Assembly: GCA_050174015.1 (NCBI GenBank)
Contig: JBFXKG010000001.1
Location: 128,001 to 192,000, forward strand
Length of the DNA stretch: 64,000 bases
Source of the DNA: Candidatus Krumholzibacteriia bacterium
Lineage (GTDB): Bacteria; Krumholzibacteriota; Krumholzibacteriia; LZORAL124-64-63
Reading direction: 5' to 3'
Below, piece by piece: positions 11,001 through 17,239 of the stretch. The first letter of the stretch is position 1; every line of letters begins with the position of its first letter. Under the pieces are notes generated by a model. It did no database searches. It saw nothing but the letters and a program-made list of their open reading frames with translations, and was not told the origin of the DNA. A program made the position numbers and the translations under genes.

Positions 11001-11976
11001 GTGGGCCGGTGCTGTGGCGGCCGGGCTGGTCTCTCCCCAGGTGTACGACTTCGACCCGGTCCTCGGCGACTACCTGCTGACCGTCGGACTCGAAGCCTGG
11101 CGCGGCTACTGGATCGCGGCCCATGCGGCCGGGGTCTCGGTCGTCTTCGATTACCGGTCCATGATGGCGCCTGCGGCGACCGTGGTCGCGGTGAAGGCGG
11201 AGGCGATGGCCGGAGGGAAACCGGCAGTCCAGAAGACGGCCGGTTCCACGTGGCAGATGACGGTGCGCGCGGGCGATTCCGCCGCCGTCAGCTTCGGCCA
11301 GTCCGAGGACGCGAGCGCCGGGTTCGACGCCGCTTACGACATGCCCGTCGCTCCGGTCTCCCCTGCGGGCCCTGCCGCGGTGAGCCTGGCGATCCCCCAT
11401 CCGGAATGGGGCCTGGCCACGGGTGACCGGTTCCGGTCCGACCTGACCGGGACGGAATCCGGTTCGTTGTCCTGGGAGGTCACCGTGCGTGCGGCCGAAC
11501 CCGGCCCGGTGACCCTGACCTGGGACGCCTCGGCCTTGCCGGCCGATCTGGACCTGCAGGTCTACCTGCCGGGCGAGAACCGGGTGGCCGGCACGGTGAA
11601 GGACATCTCCTCGGTCGTGGTGACCGTCGGGGTCGGCCCCGAGTCGGTGGTGTTCCGATCTGCGGACGGAGTGACCGACGTACCGTGGCAGCTCGCGGGC
11701 CTGGACCTGCACAACGTGCCGAACCCGTTCAACCCGAGCACCGATTTCCGGTTCAACCTGCCGGAAGGCGGCAAGGCCGTCGTGAGGATCTACGACCTGC
11801 GCGGCGCGATGATCCGGGAGATCGACGGCGGCGTGATGCCCGCCGGTCCCGCCCGGGTGCGGTGGGCCGGCCGCGACGCCCACGGCTCCGAGGTGGCCAG
11901 CGGCATCTACTTCTACCGCCTGTTCCTGGACGGCCGCCAGCTCGGCGAGACCCGCAAGATGAGTCTCGTCAAGTAG
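2062..11976 (+). CDS. Giant exported S8 (subtilisin-like) serine protease with FN3, repeated ASH/choice-of-anchor-D-like Ig domains, inserted repeat modules and C-terminal FlgD-Ig domain
   Basis: Signal peptide; propeptide (PGEVIVKF...YIEPNY); triad motifs IIDTG, HGTHCAG, GTSMATPHV; recurring SNDP Ig repeats; ends NVPNPFNPST...GIYFYRL...RKMSLVK; start set at ATG 2062 after AGGGGGA. Confidence 0.92.
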   Translation: MSRRSIVVVACLLFSAITGIILPVPSFAQTEEFAPGEVIVKFAPTVSSSQAADFLAAAGAVRIKDFRRIGATLVRLEGMTVLEAIAAYAGSPAIEYIEPNYALRLLNTPNDPDYGLLWGMNNTGQTGGTPDADIDAPEAWDQFTGTGDVIVGIIDTGIDYNHPDLAANIWTNAGEIPGNGIDDDQNGWIDDIHGWDAINQDGDPMDDNSHGTHCAGTIGGVGNNGLGVPGVNWNVKLMALKFLSAGGGGYTDDAVECIEYAVAMGATLTSNSWGGGGYSQALEDAIADAYQAGQLFVAAAGNSGQDNDVYPNYPSNYDVPNVVAVGATDHDDDRVNTGLWASSFGATTVDVGAPGLDIYSTVPGGGYGYKSGTSMATPHVAGSLALLKGVFPALPPETARLVLINSADPKPQLDGLWVSGGRLNVNNMLAGMDTIPPAAVGDLAVIETASSWVDLQWTASGDDHLTGTAFAYDIRYADYPLDETNFDAAAVVDHELVPVPSGGVETVRAGNLDFLTTYHFALKVLDEYGNTSGISNLTSATTLGVPAIILDPTSLTVALETGQQAVRSVTVSNDGDGVLDFEAAAISVDPLAVAMRDAGLTVIDGIVPSGSRDEDGETVPALSPAEADLLLGRLADYSGAVAASGAASGLPVIGVGGGSGLDLQTFLMGNAQLAGLFVFEYVDYVFDDLTPYDGLIIAEYDFNLSEQGAVKLADFTGTGKPLFIGMDDFDDVWFGTIPGLVGPMLGIGAPADGNFCVNGPVNPSHPVTTGIPQAIVGGSWCNDNDSFTLDGADWLFRDGATGANFGVAYDGPARTVTMGENLASVWYANEQLNVNAVLWMMEGGGVPAVDPAFGSIPAGGSLDVDVIFDAADLCTDVFLSEVVFSSNDPGNPEAVVSAEMAVTGRTDIDLSSAALDFGAAFVNGQVLDTLRVRNAGCDVLSITSIVSDHPDFTLDTAAFDLSQGQGRDLVISFIPSDLGVRSGTLTIASTDPDEPVVTVDVQGVGLEAPVISVTPTSLNTSLLTGQVDVQTVTVSNLGGSDLAFSIRSAGLDTLGAPTGTARVLNPDAPEVPGIAYETGATPFRDPLPAPTVALGLPLAESLEILILGSGTFTEFQNELLAFAEISVVDVFNGASQAPTLADLEPYDVVILATGNPYYDPETTGNVLADYIDGGGGVVQAVAAFVEGFEVRGRFLSGQYGAYSLGYGPIGDGLLGTYDPTHPIMADVDYVYGDLLATAPLVPGAQLVASWNFGEPLVATQGDNVVGVNIYFASPGYWDGDAVLLVRNACLWLTGGAFWLRPEPREGILAPGGSLDVAVTLDATDLCTDTYLGELRITSNDPVNPEVAVQAAMMVQGEPDVAVSDTLLAYGQVLLGNAPADTLVIGNPGCDLLTIDAVTIDNPEFSTVAGPFGILPGGVTPLVVTFTPVTLGVKSATLTLTTNDPDEPVVVVLLTAEVLPAPVAGVDPTSLTSVLVPGGIDIQTLAISNTGGSDLDWSLRAVPRNPVAAAMQQAAIEAVAGLEPVPAINEDGETVLALDPEQRAEFSLRLDAYRTRAEQLGAFDVLPVIGVGGAASFDLMFQLLDSPELVAEFAFLEVDYWSDDLSALAGLAIAEFDANVTEASAGVLRDFFDSGRPIMMGMDDFDSVWSGPIAADLTAVFGVEAPQDGDLCSNGRLNPGHPINQGLPGFTIGGSWCNDNDHFQLAGAEWIIDESLQGRIFGTAHQSTARTVLLGESLAYVWSPNVQQNVNAILWMMQGGGLPKLDPSAGVLPAGGVQEVQVTFDATNLCGDVFLSDVILASNDPLQPEIVIPANLTVTGEPDIEPGVSVLDFGQVYLTATVMDTLWIHNNACGLLEVASIAIDDPVFSAEGGPLTIPGSASYPLAVAFAPADTGSFSATLTITSNDPDETVVTVDLLGRGVLGPEILVAPLSFTIDLVPGESATDLLEISNIGQADLVWNIGVAVRDTMAAALRSAASAAIAGIEPGIAPNPDGEPVPTLSEAQVLLLQQRLEPYHDLVAQYHAAGDLPLIGVGGASSYSLILDLLADSDLVGLYGFQEVFYPTADLSALDGLVIAETDNGLDVSRAQVIRDFFDSGRPVVLGMDDLDADWYDTVPALLGPVFGIATPYDGDLCYNVGLNPDHPVTATAPPFVVGGSWCNDNDYYVLADGDWLFRDNVSNRAFGVAQATHARSVLMGENLANIWTPNPVLNAQALIWAMGGQGLPMVDPRSGVVAGGQTAQVTVTFNAPQDCGQDYLSSILVFSNDPVNHTVTVPVEMRVLGEPNLALSDTQLVFPQIYVGETAVDSLVVTNNGCDILDVTSVTIAPGQFATVTDPFSLDLGESRTLVVEFTPTAAGGIVGMLEIQSNDLDQPSVVVALEGAGMFAPAIGLDPLAFDVQVPVGGLRTEHLVVSNSGQGTLEFALTSLESAKAAGPAPMAASGAKPEGDKVLVDLDVLLLGSGDLSVVRSQLLAQPGIRSVDVFETRYAVPVLADLMPYHAVILANNHPFQDPVATGDVVADYVDLGGGVVQTEPSFVVGYNLAGRFWDGGYSAFTLGFDPTGVSTLGQYQASHPIMDGVGALWGDLLAQTNLSAGASWVGSWTNGSPLVATKGNKVVGVNLFVAYPGHWTGDAALLLRNAAFWAGGTASWLKLPVSIGTVAPGDSLSLEVVFDPGNLPEGDFSAEILVTSNDPLVPEITIPVRMVLGGGGGTVGMQILARTGGLVDFENFLGARIEATDGYDGGLDLPEPTPPPTGYLSAYFPHPEWSTPFGDRFMTDYRAMYDPAVAAKSWDFRVETDSPDTVILDFDPYFATDGTWPVSLFDHAAGITVNLLPTLQYTFMPTGDDLFTITLGAQMPPLDPTARNLAAGWAMVGAPLEPAAGAATWNDVLFDDLPGTGYLFSYEGAAGYAQVDASDPVVRGQGLWVATTDAAVWTMTGDRVEEPLAVGLRQGWNLVGYPLWFPASVAGLTVEKDGISYTWAGAVAAGLVSPQVYDFDPVLGDYLLTVGLEAWRGYWIAAHAAGVSVVFDYRSMMAPAATVVAVKAEAMAGGKPAVQKTAGSTWQMTVRAGDSAAVSFGQSEDASAGFDAAYDMPVAPVSPAGPAAVSLAIPHPEWGLATGDRFRSDLTGTESGSLSWEVTVRAAEPGPVTLTWDASALPADLDLQVYLPGENRVAGTVKDISSVVVTVGVGPESVVFRSADGVTDVPWQLAGLDLHNVPNPFNPSTDFRFNLPEGGKAVVRIYDLRGAMIREIDGGVMPAGPARVRWAGRDAHGSEVASGIYFYRLFLDGRQLGETRKMSLVK

Positions 11977-12016
11977 TCGCGATGACCGCGCGCCGCGAAC
12001 GCGGCGCCATTCGGAA

Positions 12017-12046
12017 GGCCGCCGGATCCTCAGGGGTCCGGCGGTC
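12017..12046 (+). terminator. GC-rich hairpin after the protease gene
   Basis: GGCCGCCGGATCC-TCAG-GGGTCCGGCGGTC; no strong U-tract. Confidence 0.45.
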
Positions 12047-12108
12047 CGCGTTGGTCAAGTCATGGTCACCCGCTTGCTGCAGTGGTCCGGATTGAAGCTA
12101 TGGAGGAT

Positions 12109-12151
12109 TTTTTGTCCGAGAGGCGCGAAACTGCCTCATATGAGGCTATTT
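12109..12151. repeat. 43-bp palindromic element, copy 1
   Basis: TTTTTGTCCGAGAGGCGCGAAACTGCCTCATATGAGGCTATTT; 41/43 identical to 36547-36589; contains perfect palindrome GCCTCATATGAGGC (12133-12146). Confidence 0.9.
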
Positions 12152-12214
12152 TGGTCCCGAGTTCGTGATGGATGGCTGTCAGGGGAGTGGGGGCGCGGGC
12201 GCCTCCGGGGCGCG

Positions 12215-12228
12215 TTTCGTGGTATAAT
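12215..12228 (+). promoter_or_regulatory. Extended -10 promoter element, copy 1
   Basis: TTTCGTGGTATAAT (TGnTATAAT), identical at 35214-35227. Confidence 0.65.
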
Positions 12229-12271
12229 AGCTGGCATATTCATGGTGATACTCTCGGCAATGGGGCGGGAC

Positions 12272-12382
12272 ATGAGGTTCAGGTTTTCCCCGGCATTTCT
12301 GATCGGACTTCTCGTCGTGTTCCTGGCCGCGATGCCAGCCAGGCCGATAGTGGGTACGGAATGGGCGGTCTTGATCCAATAG
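12272..12382 (+). pseudogene. Relic 5' end (signal peptide only) of a beta-helix paralog, or short leader ORF
   Basis: MRFRFSPAFLIGLLVVFLAAMPARP resembles the start of the 35274 gene (MRFKPIPAF...) in the same promoter/RBS context, but stops after 36 codons. Confidence 0.45.
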
Positions 12383-12408
12383 AAAACGGATCGGGAAAGG
12401 TGCGGTCC

Positions 12409-14220
12409 ATGTCTCGCAAGGTCTTGGCGACGGTGGTGTTTCTCCTGCTTATGGGCCATGGCTCATGGGCGGGTTCCCGGACCATAACAGTGGAAAATGA
12501 TGGCTCGGGGGATTTTTCCACCATTCAGCCGGCTTTGGATGCCGCGGCAGCAGGGGACACCATCCTCATCGGCCCTGGGGTGTATTCGGAAACAAATGAA
12601 TACTATCTTCCCGGGAATGGGAATTGGCAGGATATTATCGGTTATGTTCCTGTTCCTGATGTTACCGTCATCGGAGCAGGGAAGGAATTAACGCGGTTGG
12701 TTTATGCCGGCGGAGTACATCCCATTAAAAGGGCTTTTGTATATTTAGACCTCGGCGGGACCTTTCGGGTGGAGGGGATGTCTATTGAAGGGTTCTCTAA
12801 TGGGATTTTTATTGGAGGGTCAATTTTAAGTGTAAACAAATGTAATTTCGAGAGGAATTTTACTGGAATTTTTTGGTATTCTGCCGGATCCGGGGGGGGG
12901 GTCTTCAATTCCCGGTTTTCTTCTGATGATCCAATCAACTCCTATGGCCTGTGGCTGACTGGATTGGGCCGGGATATGGAAATTTCTGATTGCATTTTTG
13001 ACACGAATCAATTGGAGGTACAAGGGGTAACCAATGCGCTATTTTCCAGATGTGAAATTTTAGGTAGTCGCACTGGGATTCAGATAGAAAATAGCGGCGA
13101 AGTTATTCTCCAGGATTGTAGCATCCATGACATCGAGGGTGTTGGCATAAGTCTAATCTCCAATTCAAGTTGCAATATTTTTGAAAGTGAAATTTCCGGA
13201 GGGTGGGATGCGGCTTGGGTGCGTAGTTATGGTAGGCTTTTTTCTCTGAATTCTGTTTTTTCTGGTGGCACAGAATCTGTCATTCTGCTGGACTATGCTC
13301 AGCCGATCTCCATGCGGCATTGTGACTTGATTAAAGGATCAAGTGAATTAACGATCAATTGCAATACCCAACCTGACTACTACCCTGTACGGCATGATTT
13401 TCGTGGCAATTTCTGGGGAACCGAAGATGGAGATCAGATCGCCGAGTGGATCTATGACGGCCACGACGACCCAACGGTTCATGCCGAGGTCCTCTACACC
13501 CCCTTCGCCACGGGTGACAGCGATCTGGTGATCGGCCTTACCCCAGTTGACCCCGAGATCATCATCCCCGAAACCGGCGGCAGCTTCCTGTACGACGCCA
13601 GCATCGAGAACAACACCGGGATCGACATCGTGGCCGACCTCACCATCGAGGCGGTTCTTCCCGATGGGACGGCGTACCCCGTGATGGATCTGCCCGGTGT
13701 GGTACTTGCGGGGGCTTCGGTTCGGACCCGGATCGACATCGTGCAGGAAGTGCCTGCGGCGGCCCCGGCCGGGACTTACACCTACCGGGTATCAGCGAGC
13801 CTGGGCGACACCCTGCTGGTGGACACGGCCGAACTTCCGTTCGAAAAGCTGGGCGGAGGGGTGGCGGCAGTCGGCCCCATGAGCTGGTCCGTTACCGGCT
13901 GGCTGGATGATGACCGGCCCCCCTTTCAGGCGGGAGCGGTGAAGCCGGTCTTGTACGGCCCCGTCCCCAACCCCTTCAACCCCACGACCACGGTGGCCTT
14001 CGAGCTGCCCACCCAGGAAGCCGTGAGCCTGCACGTCTTCGACCTTCAAGGACGGCTGGTCAGAACCCTTCTCCGCGGCGAGGTCGTCCCCCAGGGGCGC
14101 CACGAGGCCGTGTGGGACGGCCGGGACGAATCGGGCCGGCAAGCAGCCAGCGGGACGTACTTCTTCCGGCTCCAGGCTGGCGGGCAGGTGGAGACGAAGC
14201 GTGCGGTTCTCGTGAAATGA
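12409..14220 (+). CDS. Exported right-handed parallel beta-helix protein with C-terminal FlgD-Ig domain
   Basis: RBS GGAAAGG; signal peptide; TITVENDGSGDFSTIQPALDAAAAGDTILIGPG cap; I/C-stack repeats (ISDCIF, LQDCSI); ends PVPNPFNPTT...GTYFFRL...KRAVLVK. Confidence 0.85.
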   Translation: MSRKVLATVVFLLLMGHGSWAGSRTITVENDGSGDFSTIQPALDAAAAGDTILIGPGVYSETNEYYLPGNGNWQDIIGYVPVPDVTVIGAGKELTRLVYAGGVHPIKRAFVYLDLGGTFRVEGMSIEGFSNGIFIGGSILSVNKCNFERNFTGIFWYSAGSGGGVFNSRFSSDDPINSYGLWLTGLGRDMEISDCIFDTNQLEVQGVTNALFSRCEILGSRTGIQIENSGEVILQDCSIHDIEGVGISLISNSSCNIFESEISGGWDAAWVRSYGRLFSLNSVFSGGTESVILLDYAQPISMRHCDLIKGSSELTINCNTQPDYYPVRHDFRGNFWGTEDGDQIAEWIYDGHDDPTVHAEVLYTPFATGDSDLVIGLTPVDPEIIIPETGGSFLYDASIENNTGIDIVADLTIEAVLPDGTAYPVMDLPGVVLAGASVRTRIDIVQEVPAAAPAGTYTYRVSASLGDTLLVDTAELPFEKLGGGVAAVGPMSWSVTGWLDDDRPPFQAGAVKPVLYGPVPNPFNPTTTVAFELPTQEAVSLHVFDLQGRLVRTLLRGEVVPQGRHEAVWDGRDESGRQAASGTYFFRLQAGGQVETKRAVLVK

Positions 14221-14415
14221 CGAACTCCCGTAGGCCGGGGTCCACTTCCGGAAGTTTGGATCTTCCTGAGCGAATTCCATCACCCATGGACTTTCCCATA
14301 GAGCAAGTTTGTTGCAGCCGCGCACTTCATTTTGAACGATTATCCACCAGATGGGTTCGTACGAACCCAGCCACTGCTGTCCAAGATAAATCGGTTTTCC
14401 CCTGACCCGCCTCTG

Positions 14416-14450
14416 AACCCGTCCCGATTCCCTGATTTGGACGGGTTTTT
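14416..14450 (+). terminator. Hairpin with U-tract
   Basis: AACCCGTCC-N14-GGACGGGTT followed by T run. Confidence 0.45.
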
Positions 14451-15163
14451 CTGCCTGCCCGGGATCAGGCCCCCATTCTGCTGTCCAAAACCTAAAACCC
14501 CAAAGATATCTGTTCCCAGGGTGGCCCACCGGGCGGGGTCTGGAATGGTCGGCGGACTGACAGCCGGCCCTCCAGGGACGCAGCCTGATGGAGAACCCTC
14601 AGCAGGCGGCGCCCGGGAAGGAGGATCAGTCTACCCAGAAACGCAAACAGCACGGGAAACCGGGATTGAAGGCTGTTTTCGGGGATGTAGGTCCCCCGGG
14701 GGGCGGCTTTGGATGCCATTATCAAAAGGCCGAAAGGGGACCGAGCCAAGATCACGGCCTTTTCGGCGCAGATGGGGTTTTGACCTGGGACACCTCAATC
14801 TGAAAACCTATTTTGGACAGGTATGCGAACCCAGCTGGTTCATGATTCTTCAAGTTCTTGGGCAGACGCGAGCTTGCGAGCTGGATCATCCTGGTTGAGG
14901 CCCCGAACGGACTCCCCTCCAACCCAAGCCCGGCGGTCCGGGGTGCGTGTACCTTCTATCACTCCCAATTCAGTCCCCATTTCGATCGTAATAAGTCGTT
15001 GAATTTATTTATTTTATAATGAATTTCCAAGAAAAGATAAAAATTATCCACTTCCGGGAACTTTTCGAGGGCGCCCGTTCGTTGTCCCCGCAATGACAGC
15101 AGAAGAGGCCGGCCCCCCGGGCCGGCCGCCCACATCGAGGCCCCATCAGGGAGGACACTCCGG

Positions 15164-15844
15164 ATGAAATTGGCAACGCACACCTTCAGCAAGATCGCCG
15201 TCCTGGCGATCAGCGCGCTCTTCTTCGGCGCGGGGACCGCCACGGCCGCCGTGGTGGATTACGTGGGCTACGGCTGGGAGACCGGCGGGCTGTCCGACAG
15301 TATCCCCGGCGACGAGCTTTCGGTGGCCACCGTGGTCACCCAGATCGATCCCCTGTTCAACGTCGATCTCGGCGCAGTCGAGGCGACACTCTTCATCGAG
15401 GGCCTGTCCAGCCAGGGCGCCGTGGTCAACAACATGAACGGGACCACGACCATCTCCTACACCGGCGGCACCATCGCCATCTATGCGGGCGCCGACCGGA
15501 ACCACGACTGGGGCGTGAACCCCGCCAACGGGACCGTCCCGTCCACCTTCACCGATGGCGACCTGGTGTTCTCCGGCGCGTTCACGAGCTTCACCCTGAT
15601 CCTGCAGAGCTCGGGCCTGGGCGTGTTCGAAGGCTACATCGACGGCACGGGCGGATCGGCCCTGGCCGGTCCCTGCACCGGCTGCGCCTACACCTTCGCC
15701 GGCTCGTTCACCCTGCCGACCGGGGCCCAGATCCCCTCGGGCTACGACATGCAGATCGACGGCGTGCTCGAGGTCGAGTCGGCCGTGGGTACCGAGACCG
15801 TGAACTTCGGCACCCTCAAGCAGTTCTTCAACCAGGGCCGGTAA
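15164..15844 (+). CDS. Exported hypothetical protein with C-terminal motif variant NFGTLKQFF
   Basis: RBS GGAGG; signal peptide; beta-rich; shares TFTDG..SG and D.TGG blocks with the downstream gene. Confidence 0.8.
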   Translation: MKLATHTFSKIAVLAISALFFGAGTATAAVVDYVGYGWETGGLSDSIPGDELSVATVVTQIDPLFNVDLGAVEATLFIEGLSSQGAVVNNMNGTTTISYTGGTIAIYAGADRNHDWGVNPANGTVPSTFTDGDLVFSGAFTSFTLILQSSGLGVFEGYIDGTGGSALAGPCTGCAYTFAGSFTLPTGAQIPSGYDMQIDGVLEVESAVGTETVNFGTLKQFFNQGR

Positions 15845-15879
15845 GGCCGGGACACCGACATCGTGGAGGATGACAGACA

Positions 15880-16494
15880 ATGAAGAAGACAATGATCGCT
15901 CTTACGCTGTGCAGCATGGCCGCCCTGGGTTCGACCGCCTCCGCCGTGCAGCTGTTCGACTTCGACGGCCAGGCCATCTGGCCTGCCGCGCCCGGCGGGA
16001 CCGCCGTGGCCTACGGACGCATCGTCAACGGCGAGGCCGTGGAGGCTCCCCTGCCCTTCGACTTCGCGAACTTCGAGTACACCCTCGCGGTGACCGACCT
16101 GGTGCTGGACAGCACCGGTCCCACCAGCTTCTTCTCCGGCGGGATCGTGACCATCTACAAGGATGCCGCCACTCCCGCGGACTTCGCGGCTCCCGCGACC
16201 TTCACCGACGGCGAGGCCGTACTGAGCGGTGTCATGGCCACCTTCCAGCATGTGATGCTGACCGGGACCCTCGGCAGCGCCAACGGCTACGTGGACTGGA
16301 CCGGCGGCACCATGCTGAACGACCTGGCTCCCGCGGACCAGCTGGGCTGGCCCTTCGTGACCCTGGTCTCCCGTGCGGCCACCCAGGTGCAGCCCGGGTA
16401 CACCGAGAAGTGGGACGGCAAGATCGAGCCGATCGAGGAAGTGGTCGCGTCCGAGGCCGAGACCTGGTCCGGCGTGAAGGCCCTGTTCCGGTAG
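15880..16494 (+). CDS. Exported hypothetical protein ending TWSGVKALFR
   Basis: RBS GGAGG; signal peptide MKKTMIALTLCSMAALGSTASA; distant paralog of 15164. Confidence 0.85.
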   Translation: MKKTMIALTLCSMAALGSTASAVQLFDFDGQAIWPAAPGGTAVAYGRIVNGEAVEAPLPFDFANFEYTLAVTDLVLDSTGPTSFFSGGIVTIYKDAATPADFAAPATFTDGEAVLSGVMATFQHVMLTGTLGSANGYVDWTGGTMLNDLAPADQLGWPFVTLVSRAATQVQPGYTEKWDGKIEPIEEVVASEAETWSGVKALFR

Positions 16495-16612
16495 GGATCC
16501 GGTGGGGGGAATGGCCGGGATCCCCTGCTTCGGCAGTGGGTGGACACCGTGTGGGGATGCAGCGTGGGATCCCGGCCGCCAAATCGGATTGGGCTAGCGA
16601 AAACCGGAGGGG

Positions 16613-17239
16613 ATGGGTTACAATGGTCCCGAGGGAGAATGGACCCGTCAGACGAAGGACCTGCACCCGGTGTCGCCCCACCTGTCCGCCCCGGAAAAGC
16701 TTCGCTTCGAAGCCGAGATCGTACCCCACCTGGACGTGTTGTACCGGATGGCGCGCAGCGTGTGCTGCGACGCCGACGTGGCCGACGACGTCGCCCAGGA
16801 CGCGTTCCTGAAGGCGGTCAGGGGTTTCGGGGGCTTGGCGCCCGGTTCGAACAGCCGTAGCTGGCTCGCCCGGATCGTACAGAACACCTGCCGGGACCAC
16901 TGGCGGTCCCGCGCTCGCAAGGGCGAGGCCGGCTGGGACGATGATCTGGTCGAGGAAGCGGAGACGGCGGGAGCCCAGGTCGACTGGCAGCCGGCGATCA
17001 TCCGCGAGGCCTACGACGACGAGATCGAGCAGGCGCTCCGGGAACTCCCGCCGCGCTGGAGGATGTCGGTCCAGCTCGTGGACGTGGAGGGCTGGAGCTA
17101 CGACGAGGCCGCCGAGGGTCTGGGCATCGGCCCCGGCACCCTGAGGTCCGGCCTTCACCGGGCCCGCAAGGTCCTGTACGGAAAGCTGCTGGCCACGGCG
17201 GGCCGGCGGATCGAACAAGGAACGGAATCGAGGGAGTGA
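16613..17239 (+). CDS. ECF RNA polymerase sigma factor
   Basis: Region 2 (ADDVAQDAFLKA...SWLARIVQNTCRD) and region 4 (DVEGWSYDEAAEGLGIGPGTLRSGLHRAR); start codon uncertain. Confidence 0.9.
   Translation: MGYNGPEGEWTRQTKDLHPVSPHLSAPEKLRFEAEIVPHLDVLYRMARSVCCDADVADDVAQDAFLKAVRGFGGLAPGSNSRSWLARIVQNTCRDHWRSRARKGEAGWDDDLVEEAETAGAQVDWQPAIIREAYDDEIEQALRELPPRWRMSVQLVDVEGWSYDEAAEGLGIGPGTLRSGLHRARKVLYGKLLATAGRRIEQGTESRE

Noticed and set aside
4696..11883. 2395-aa antisense ORF, and similar long shadow ORFs (19096-22248 +, 48086-50713 -, 31961-34300 -, 46066-48906 +)
   Set aside because: They mirror real genes. High GC3 suppresses stops in alternative frames, and the translations have no recognisable motifs.
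12172..12408. 79-aa N-terminal extension of the beta-helix ORF
   Set aside because: It spans the promoter and the relic leader. The RBS and signal peptide support ATG 12409.
14332..14898. ORFs in the 14.2-15.1 kb gap (14332-14898, 14588-14803, 13792-14529)
   Set aside because: No convincing RBS, codon bias or motifs.
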